Of a stretch of DNA of 64,000 nt, positions 56,825 through 64,000 are shown piece after piece. The notes under the pieces were generated by a model. It was given only the letters and a program-made list of their open reading frames with translations, ran no database searches and was not told the origin of the DNA. The position numbers and the translations under genes were made by a program. Within the stretch, counting starts at the first letter, position 1, and every line of letters begins with the position of its first letter. Source of the DNA: an uncultured Methanosarcinales archaeon (GTDB lineage Archaea > Nanobdellota > Nanobdellia > Woesearchaeales > GW2011-AR9); contig CAYJXA010000001.1 in assembly GCA_964373955.1 (NCBI GenBank), positions 34,079-98,078 on the forward strand. Reading direction: 5' to 3'.

Positions 56825-57574
56825 CTACTTCATCAACTTAGCCATTTCGGCATTACTAAGGAGAGTAAACCTTTTCTTCTCCGTATCAATGTAGGCAGCA
56901 TCAACTCGATCAAAGTTGAATTCATCTTTCAAGAAGTCTTTCAAAGCTCTAAGCCCTAATTTTATTCCTTCCTCAATGGAGAGATTTGGCTTCCAGTTCT
57001 TTTGTAGGAACGCTTCCACTTCCGCATCTCCCTCCCCGATGGCTACCGCTTTATATTGAAAGTATAATCCGTATGGTTCAGTAAGGTATAATTTAATCTC
57101 GCCATCCTCTTCTACCCCGCCAACGAGCATGGAAACTCCAAAAGGCCGCAGTCCGGCAGATTGTGTGCATACTTGCATTAAATCACAAACCTCTTTCACA
57201 ATAGACAGAATATCAATTTTCGAATCGTAGGTTACAAAATGCTGTTGTGCCCGTAATTGGGATCTATCCACTAATACCCGAGCATCGGCAATCAAGCCAG
57301 CCGCAGCCGCTCCAATATGGTCATCGATGCGAAACATTTTTTCAATTGCTTCCGGAACCATCAGTTTAGAGGTGATACGCTTGTCCGTTAACAAGACTAC
57401 CCCATCTTTACATATCAAACCCAAAGTAGTGCTACCTTGTTTCACCGTTTTCTTGGCATACTCTACCTGCAGCAGTCTTCCATCGGGAGAAAACATGGTA
57501 ATAGAACGATCATACCCCATCTTATCAATCATTTGCTTTTGACTATTCATAATAAACACCTCATTCTTTATCAT
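56825..57574 (-). CDS. psmA: proteasome alpha subunit
   Basis: GYDRSITMFSPDGRLLQVEYA is the alpha-subunit signature. Confidence 0.9.
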   Translation of the reverse strand: MIKNEVFIMNSQKQMIDKMGYDRSITMFSPDGRLLQVEYAKKTVKQGSTTLGLICKDGVVLLTDKRITSKLMVPEAIEKMFRIDDHIGAAAAGLIADARVLVDRSQLRAQQHFVTYDSKIDILSIVKEVCDLMQVCTQSAGLRPFGVSMLVGGVEEDGEIKLYLTEPYGLYFQYKAVAIGEGDAEVEAFLQKNWKPNLSIEEGIKLGLRALKDFLKDEFNFDRVDAAYIDTEKKRFTLLSNAEMAKLMK

Positions 57575-57905
57575 CTAGATACGAACCGGCCTTTTTAAGT
57601 GTTCCGGATACGGTAACAGAGCGGATAATTACCGCACTATTTTTAATCTTTTTGCTTATGGCGAGCGCTGCTTTCAACTCATCAACGTACGCATTATTCA
57701 CTTTAAGTATAAATCGCTGCTTCTGGGTATTAAAACGCTCTTTGACTATCAACGGGCCTGCTCGAGAAAGTCCTAACTGCCCCCAAAAAGAAGTGAGAGC
57801 TTGCTGTACCCCTTCCTGAATATCAGCAAAAGAAAAGCGAGCATCACTGATAATCTCGAAAACCACGTATCTCTTTTTTTGGCGTAGAGAGGGAAGCAAA
57901 TGCAT
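57561..57905 (-). CDS. pop5: RNase P protein subunit Pop5 (Rpp14 family)
   Basis: LPSLRQKKRYVVFEI N-terminus; adjacent to psmA as in the archaeal superoperon. Confidence 0.7.
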   Translation of the reverse strand: MHLLPSLRQKKRYVVFEIISDARFSFADIQEGVQQALTSFWGQLGLSRAGPLIVKERFNTQKQRFILKVNNAYVDELKAALAISKKIKNSAVIIRSVTVSGTLKKAGSYLDDKE

Positions 57906-57950
57906 AGATAGGTATGATGGATGGATCTTTATAAAACTTTGGTGTGCTTC

Positions 57951-58388
57951 TTATTCCACAAATTCTTCTTCTCCTACCTGTTCTTCTTCACCATCATCAT
58001 TATCATCATCGTCCCCATCATCGCCTCCTCCAGCTTTTCCAGCCAGCATTTGAGGATCATTAGTGAAAACGGTTTTTTCTGCTCCACTCACTATGTCAAT
58101 CTTTCCGAATTTTCCTGCGGAGAGCTGTTTTTCTCCTTTGTATTCAGAGCACCAGCCATTTTGCACATGCAATTTATCCCCTATACTTACTTTATCCGCA
58201 TCATCGTTCCATAAAGTTAAGGTAATCTCTCCGGAATCGTCTTTAACTTTGGCGTTGCATACTTTCCCCTTTTTGCCAAACTTTTCAAAAGTGCGCGGTG
58301 TTTCTTTAGTAACAACTTCTACTACTAAATCTATATTTCCTTTATTTGGCTGTACATCTTTGATTTCCATAGCAGAACAACCCCCCAC
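57951..58388 (-). CDS. single-OB-fold ssDNA-binding protein (SSB/RPA-like) with acidic C-terminal tail
   Basis: OB-fold core followed by a GGGDDGDDDDNDDGEEE tail, as in crenarchaeal-type SSB. Confidence 0.55.
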   Translation of the reverse strand: MGGCSAMEIKDVQPNKGNIDLVVEVVTKETPRTFEKFGKKGKVCNAKVKDDSGEITLTLWNDDADKVSIGDKLHVQNGWCSEYKGEKQLSAGKFGKIDIVSGAEKTVFTNDPQMLAGKAGGGDDGDDDDNDDGEEEQVGEEEFVE

Positions 58389-58416
58389 TTTATTTATATA
58401 ATTTTCTATAGTCTAA

Positions 58417-59439
58417 CTATCTCAACAATCTATCTACTTCCTTAGCTTTCCATCCCTGCCCCACTAATCTGGTACGAATCTGCTCATCGGAAAAGCCGCG
58501 GCCCCTGCTTTCCTCAATATATTCTTTAGCAGGAGCATATTTTTTCTTATGGATTAAAGAAACGCCAATTAAGATAATGAGTGCTAGTAATACTAGAATT
58601 CCACCCAAATAATAAATCCAGCTCGGGAATGGTTTCTGCACTTGCGGAGGAGGAGTGGTTTCCTGTAGTTTGCAGAGCAAAGTAATAGAATCGCAACTTT
58701 GTGGGCACGCTTCTAAAGTCCGCCACTGTGTTCCGTCATCAGAACATTGCTGAAGTAATTGCCCTAAGCAGCGTTTCGAGGCAGGAGAACATTGTTGTGC
58801 TCCTGATGTTGAAATCGCACCAGTGGTACAAGACTGCTGCTCTGCCGGTTTAGGAGTTACGATGATTGGGCTTCTATTTGTTGGAGGTTCACCACAGGTA
58901 TCAATCCGGAAACAAATTCTGGCTTGCTGTCCATTGCGGCATAAGCTCCAGCCACCGCATTCCCAATTATAGAGGCAAGGACCAGGAGTAACATTCTGGG
59001 GAGTAGAAGTTTGATTTCTTCTGGGCCTGGGAATGAATGACGTTTCATTCTCTTCTTCTTCGGGAGTTGGAGGGGGTGGTTGGGCTGCAGGATATGCCAA
59101 TCCAAGATTCGTAACTGCACCGCTTTGGTACGTTGCAGTCCCAACCATGGACTGGGCGCCAAGTGAATTAACAGCGCTAAATGAGATCGTAGTCCCATCA
59201 ATCCCCGTTACTTTAAAGACAGAAGAATATCCATACTGGCCAGATGCATTGATGGGTGTTGTAAAAATAGTTCCACTGACATTAGCTCTCAACGTAAAGG
59301 TACCATTGGGAAGATTATTTACTTGCCCGTAAAATTGGTGGAAATTAGTTAAGGAAGGGGGATTTTCATTTTGAGCATGTACTCCCACTACTACCAAGAA
59401 AAGAAATACCAGAGAAATAAAAAGCAGTAGTGGTTTCAT
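58417..59439 (-). CDS. secreted cell-surface protein with Cys-rich region, C-terminal TM anchor and cytoplasmic tail
   Basis: Signal peptide; many NxS/T sequons; Cys-rich module; PT-rich linker; C-terminal TM; GC-rich. Confidence 0.55.
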   Translation of the reverse strand: MKPLLLFISLVFLFLVVVGVHAQNENPPSLTNFHQFYGQVNNLPNGTFTLRANVSGTIFTTPINASGQYGYSSVFKVTGIDGTTISFSAVNSLGAQSMVGTATYQSGAVTNLGLAYPAAQPPPPTPEEEENETSFIPRPRRNQTSTPQNVTPGPCLYNWECGGWSLCRNGQQARICFRIDTCGEPPTNRSPIIVTPKPAEQQSCTTGAISTSGAQQCSPASKRCLGQLLQQCSDDGTQWRTLEACPQSCDSITLLCKLQETTPPPQVQKPFPSWIYYLGGILVLLALIILIGVSLIHKKKYAPAKEYIEESRGRGFSDEQIRTRLVGQGWKAKEVDRLLR

Positions 59440-60884
59440 TGTAAAGTGTAGGGAATGGTAACGGGACTTTCAACCCATACCCAGTATGGTTTTCCTGGGC
59501 TTAGAGGTGTAGTAGCGGGGACGGATGTACATTGATAATTCTGCTGGCATTGGAAGATAACAAAAGTATTTGCGGAAGTGGTAAAATCCGCTAAAGGCCT
59601 GGGAACTATTCCTGGAAGCGAAATGAGATTCCAACCAGTGCGTAAAGACAGCATTGACGGCGCAGCGCCAACACCGGGTGGAATTGCTGCTGCCGATTGC
59701 AGAGATTGGACTTGGCAAGTAGTGACGATACTCGTGGAATCACTATCCGCAAGGGCTCTCAGGCGTACAAAATATCCTCTAAAAAGGGAAAGCGTGGTAA
59801 ACTCATCTGGTGCAGCGCCTTGCGTCCACACTTGCGCTTGCCCAGATTGAGCGTCATAGGTATGAATTCTCTCAACAACGCTATTTCCAAACACAGCATC
59901 AAGAGTGGTAGATGTAGGCAGACAGGGAAGCGCAAAAGCTTGCAATTCCTGCGTTCGGCTGAAAGTGACGTTGAGTTGAGCAGTGTTGTCTTCTAACAAC
60001 GTTACAGTCATTTGTGGAAAGTTTGATTCTTGTAAGGCATAGGCAATGTCTCCTACTGCAAAGGTATAATATTGGTTAGTTGCCTGACCTAAAACGTTAG
60101 CGGTAATATCTAAAATAACGGCACTGGACATCGCTGGAGCAGTGTACACAAAATTAGCCAATGTTACATTGAGCGTCGGATTAGGACTTACCGAAGAGAG
60201 TGTTCCTAGGTTCACTTGAATCGTAGGCGGAGAGGAACTATTGGCAATGATTTGCCCAGAAAATGATTGGGAAGTGTTTAATCTAATTACTGGGGGATAA
60301 GGAGTTCCGCTCGCATCAAGCAACTGAATGCGGGCACTGTCGGGAGGAACGAAATGGAGATTACGCACTGTTACTTGGCCATTCTGGTAGCGTACTTCTA
60401 CATCGGGAGTAGTATCATCAAGGTTAAGGTAAACAATCGAGTTATCTTCAGCGCCAGTGGTAGAGAGTACATCTACCGCAAGAGGAGTGCCTTGAGGCTG
60501 CTCTAACCTGAAGCCATACGTTAAGTTTCCTAACCGCACCAGCTGGAACCAATATTCCTGTGGATTAGAATCAAAAGCAGAAAGCCCTGTTTGAAAAGTA
60601 ACGTTTCTCTGCGTGGCGGGAAGAGTCGTGAAGGTAAACGATTCTTCTCGGACTAAATCAATCGTCCCACCGGCCCAGGGAGTTTCACCAATAAAGATTG
60701 CTTGTCCCACACCAACCCTGGAATTAAGATACACGCTCACAAAAGTTACTAAGACGATTAGAGCTATACCTAACATAATCCAAACTTGCTTTTGCGCTGG
60801 TTCAGGAATTGTTTTTGCGGTTGCTCTTTTCACATTACACTCTCCGTATTGAAATAGTGGCAGTGATGGTAGGAGTGTCCTCAT
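59436..60884 (-). CDS. secreted/anchored surface protein
   Basis: N-terminal TM/signal anchor; Thr/Ser/Asn-rich with many sequons; overlaps the neighbouring genes. Confidence 0.5.
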   Translation of the reverse strand: MRTLLPSLPLFQYGECNVKRATAKTIPEPAQKQVWIMLGIALIVLVTFVSVYLNSRVGVGQAIFIGETPWAGGTIDLVREESFTFTTLPATQRNVTFQTGLSAFDSNPQEYWFQLVRLGNLTYGFRLEQPQGTPLAVDVLSTTGAEDNSIVYLNLDDTTPDVEVRYQNGQVTVRNLHFVPPDSARIQLLDASGTPYPPVIRLNTSQSFSGQIIANSSSPPTIQVNLGTLSSVSPNPTLNVTLANFVYTAPAMSSAVILDITANVLGQATNQYYTFAVGDIAYALQESNFPQMTVTLLEDNTAQLNVTFSRTQELQAFALPCLPTSTTLDAVFGNSVVERIHTYDAQSGQAQVWTQGAAPDEFTTLSLFRGYFVRLRALADSDSTSIVTTCQVQSLQSAAAIPPGVGAAPSMLSLRTGWNLISLPGIVPRPLADFTTSANTFVIFQCQQNYQCTSVPATTPLSPGKPYWVWVESPVTIPYTLQ

Positions 60885-63591
60885 CGGCTTCTAAGTCTAG
60901 GACAGTAAGTTGTACGGGTACTCCACCCAGAAGTATGGTTCTGCTATCACCTTCGGCAAAATAACGGTCAAGGAAATTATCCATACGTAGTCTGAGGAGG
61001 TTGCTATCTGCAATATCAACGATTTGAAGCGTATGAATTGGTCCATCGACGGCACTAACGAAGAGAAGCGTTGAGCCTTCTACTCCTACAAGAGTTACAG
61101 GATCGCCATTATCGGGGAGATAATTATATGCTGGAACACTAAACTGAACTTCAATAGGTATAGTTTCCACTCCAGTTTCCTGCTGATCTATAAACACGGT
61201 TCTATTTCCTAGCACGACCGTTCCGTTATATGCAATAGGAGTATGAGCATGCAAGTTTCTAACTGGTTGTATTGAACCCGCTGGATATGCACCAAAGCCA
61301 AAACTCTGCAGACGGTTATCAGAAGCGTACGGCAAGTACAACTTCCCGCTAATGTTAAAGACTGGTTTTCTATCAGCAATAATTTCATTGATGAATGCAA
61401 ACCAATCTGGATTGTCATACTGAACAGCACTTAGGGGGATAAGTCGCCTGATGAACACCTTTTTCGCATTTCCTGTTTGCTGATTTGATTCCAAGATGTA
61501 CTGCTGGTCATTCGTGCCATCGTTGATAGTAACTGCCGTAAATGGATCCACCAATATTGATTCTGTAAGAATAGCGTTATCATCGCAAACCCTAGCGGAA
61601 GTGAAACCACTATATGCAGTTAAGAAGCACATACGCAGCAGGGATGTTCCTACTCTTACCCGAATGGAAGGGGTTAATTCAGTCATGAGACCAGCAAATT
61701 CAATTTGTGCTAATTCTTCAGCGGTAGTGCCAGTAAAGGTAATTTGTCCAGCGGTGATGTCCACAACCACATCAATTCTTCCCGCAGGAGTATTAAACGT
61801 GGCCACATCTCCCAATACACTCACTGGGAAAGTCTGACTCCCATTAAGTGTACGCAAGGTTAGTTGGGAAGGATTATAAAAACGAACTTCTCCTGGGTTC
61901 CCTTGATGACCAAGACGATAAAAAGAATTATTTAAACCTAATACTAATTCATTCCCCCCTGTGAAAGTACTAATAAATTGGTCATTGAATGGGTGAGATC
62001 GGGGTGCGGCAGTAATATTATAAAATTGGTAGATTGAAGCAGTTTTAACTGGAGTAGCTCCAGAAATTTGAGCAGAGTGGTAATAATACAGTGTCGTATT
62101 CCTATTTTGCTCAACAAATGGTGTGCGGTAAAGCAGTGTTCTTGGACCTAATGCGGTGGTAATCATAAATGTCGGTTGATATAATTCAGTATCGAGAGGG
62201 GAAGCTGAAACTGTTCCTACATTCGGTAGGGGGGTGATGAGCGTAACTCCCCCTAGTGAAGAAAATGAAGCAAATAATTCTTGTGGTAATGTAACCGGCA
62301 TAAGTTGATCAGAACGGAGTGCAGTTAAATTAAATGGCGGAGGAGGAGCCCCATAAAAACGTTGCAGGAATATTTTTCCCCCCTCTAAAGTTGGAAACTC
62401 TACTTTATCCTCGCTTCCTGATGCGGATAAGTCCGTCGTTCCCCCCTCCTGATATGCTGTAAGTGTTAACAACGGTAAAGAGAGAGTCGGTTGAATAGGA
62501 TGACCTAGCAAGTAAAGGTTATCTTCAAACTCAAGTGCAATTCTCTTCCCTGCAATAATGGAATTAATGAAGTTATTGTACTGAAGATTAGTTCTCATAG
62601 CGGAAGGTTCTTTAAGATCAAAGACGGAAACTTGTTTTACCCCGTCAACGTATTCGTAGAGGAAGCCGACTGAGCGTGAGGGGGGTATTGGCCCGGGTAG
62701 AACTGGAATTCCCCCTACTCGAGTAACAATAGTTCGATTTGTTAATTCTCCCTCCCTTAAGGTAAATCTATCGGCATCATTCACACAGACTAATGCTTGC
62801 TGTACATCTGCAGGATTATCATCACGGCAGATCGTGAATTGGCCTATCGCTGGGTCAGTAATCTCCACCGGAGTAGTAAGCGTAAACGTGACTTCAAACT
62901 GTTCGGTGAGATTTTGAGGGACGACATACGCTGCAGGCGCTTCTCCTGGTTCAAATGAGCGGATAACGACTTGCGCGCCAAAAATCCCCACAGCAATTTT
63001 TCTTCCTCCAAGGACATCAAAAGTATACCATTCCGTCCCGGCAAAATTTGCAATAGTATATTGTTCTCTGGTGGGAATGTGGGTTAACTGTAACAATTCA
63101 GTATCAAATAATTCCTGATCTTCTGGATACTCCAAAAGATAAAATTCATTTTCTAACAGAAGCATAAGGGGATTTCCGGAGACCATATTGAGTGAGAATG
63201 CTCCTAGGGGAAGAAGGTGCTGTCGACGAGTAATATTTCCCGTCAAGATAAGATCGACGGCCTTTACTTCCCCTTCAAGAGGTTCATCGTATAGAAAAGT
63301 GACTCCCTCCGTAAAATAAGGTCGTTCATTGGTTAAGGCAAGAACTTCAGTAGAATTGAGAACAACGAGAACATCATCAAGAAGAACATCAGCATCCGAC
63401 CCATCATTACAAATGGTTACTCTGTTTTGTACTAACATCGTTCCCCCAAGATCATCGCAAATACGAACTCCGGCGAATAGATGATCTGCAGTGGTGGTTA
63501 GGCTAAGCAAAAGTAATAGTAGTATACCTATCACCCATTGCGTATTGGTTTTGATCATATTATTCTCACCGCTAATCCCGCTCCGGGACAA
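60835..63591 (-). CDS. very large (about 900 aa) extracellular protein
   Basis: Signal peptide (IGILLLLLLSLTTTA); T/N/G-rich beta-like repeats; GC-rich. Confidence 0.55.
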   Translation of the reverse strand: MSRSGISGENNMIKTNTQWVIGILLLLLLSLTTTADHLFAGVRICDDLGGTMLVQNRVTICNDGSDADVLLDDVLVVLNSTEVLALTNERPYFTEGVTFLYDEPLEGEVKAVDLILTGNITRRQHLLPLGAFSLNMVSGNPLMLLLENEFYLLEYPEDQELFDTELLQLTHIPTREQYTIANFAGTEWYTFDVLGGRKIAVGIFGAQVVIRSFEPGEAPAAYVVPQNLTEQFEVTFTLTTPVEITDPAIGQFTICRDDNPADVQQALVCVNDADRFTLREGELTNRTIVTRVGGIPVLPGPIPPSRSVGFLYEYVDGVKQVSVFDLKEPSAMRTNLQYNNFINSIIAGKRIALEFEDNLYLLGHPIQPTLSLPLLTLTAYQEGGTTDLSASGSEDKVEFPTLEGGKIFLQRFYGAPPPPFNLTALRSDQLMPVTLPQELFASFSSLGGVTLITPLPNVGTVSASPLDTELYQPTFMITTALGPRTLLYRTPFVEQNRNTTLYYYHSAQISGATPVKTASIYQFYNITAAPRSHPFNDQFISTFTGGNELVLGLNNSFYRLGHQGNPGEVRFYNPSQLTLRTLNGSQTFPVSVLGDVATFNTPAGRIDVVVDITAGQITFTGTTAEELAQIEFAGLMTELTPSIRVRVGTSLLRMCFLTAYSGFTSARVCDDNAILTESILVDPFTAVTINDGTNDQQYILESNQQTGNAKKVFIRRLIPLSAVQYDNPDWFAFINEIIADRKPVFNISGKLYLPYASDNRLQSFGFGAYPAGSIQPVRNLHAHTPIAYNGTVVLGNRTVFIDQQETGVETIPIEVQFSVPAYNYLPDNGDPVTLVGVEGSTLLFVSAVDGPIHTLQIVDIADSNLLRLRMDNFLDRYFAEGDSRTILLGGVPVQLTVLDLEADEDTPTITATISIRRV

Positions 63592-64000
63592 TCGTCAGAG
63601 CGAAGCGTTGCAGCGTATTCTCGGCTGCCATTCAGAGTGACTGATCTGGGAGCTCGGCAATCTGCATCATCACAATCGACATCTCCGTCATTATCGTTAT
63701 CTATATCATCATAACAACTATTCCCGGTTTCCGTGACGCATTTGCCAAAGCTGTCTGCTTCGTAGATGGATATGATTTCTTCTTCGGTTAAATCGCGGGT
63801 GTAGAGAGATAATTCATCAATCATGCCTTGGAAAGGATACGAAGCGGCAAGAGCTGGAGGCACGGCCGACCCTTTCTTCCCAATGACAAAGTCCATTCCA
63901 GCAGGAGAAAGTGGAGCAAGACTTTCAACAGGGATGCTACCTTTGTTCTCTCCATTGACATAAAAAATCACATTGGCGCCAGAATGAACAACTGCAATGT
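63555..64000 (-). CDS. surface protein with LamG/ConA-like lectin segment and Asp-rich TSP3-like calcium-binding motif; 5' end outside the window
   Basis: FYVNGENKG...FQGMIDELSLYTRDLTEEEI is LamG-like. DIDNDNDGDVDCDDADC is TSP type-3-like. The frame is open to the window edge. Confidence 0.5.
   Translation of the reverse strand, partial: IAVVHSGANVIFYVNGENKGSIPVESLAPLSPAGMDFVIGKKGSAVPPALAASYPFQGMIDELSLYTRDLTEEEIISIYEADSFGKCVTETGNSCYDDIDNDNDGDVDCDDADCRAPRSVTLNGSREYAATLRSDDCPGAGLAVRII

Noticed and set aside
57921-58214. 97-aa low-complexity ORF antisense to the SSB acidic tail
   Set aside because: It is the reverse complement of the GAT/GAA-rich acidic tail and its composition is an artefact.
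1-64000. IS elements, transposases, integrases or prophage genes marking the GC-rich islands
   Set aside because: No recognisable transposase, integrase or tRNA-flanked direct repeat was seen by eye. The islands are called on composition and synteny disruption only.

Overview
This 64-kb window is archaeal chromosome, moderately AT-rich (about 40% GC), with several GC-richer islands (about 50% GC). Hallmark archaeal genes are present: ribosomal L1-L10(P0)-L12(P1), S17e, S27e, L44e, aIF2-alpha, a Nop10-like ORF, Pth2, the exosome block Rrp4-Rrp41-Rrp42 plus RpoK, SBDS, proteasome alpha, and RNase P Pop5. Bacterial-type genes sit among them: grpE-dnaK, dnaJ, metK, fpg, dapF, and an M1 aminopeptidase. 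One tRNA-Asn(GTT) carries a roughly 15-nt non-canonical insertion. The most unusual content is two accessory clusters (21.6-27.5 kb and 49.3-56.8 kb) of paralogous proteins built from a PEP-utilizing-enzyme phosphohistidine 'swivel' domain. That domain is either fused to the C-terminus of an uncharacterized alpha-helical domain or split into standalone ORFs. These clusters are accompanied by LMW-PTP/ArsC-like proteins, TrmB-family regulators, and an orphan ABC ATPase. One cluster separates dnaK from dnaJ, and the other interrupts the conserved psmA-SBDS-exosome neighbourhood. Other GC-rich islands encode secreted, lipobox and HExxH proteins (3.1-8.3 kb), a kinase-like protein (9.3-11.0 kb), and a large surface-protein cluster with LamG/TSP3-like features (58.4-64.0 kb). 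I found no CRISPR array, transposase or rRNA.
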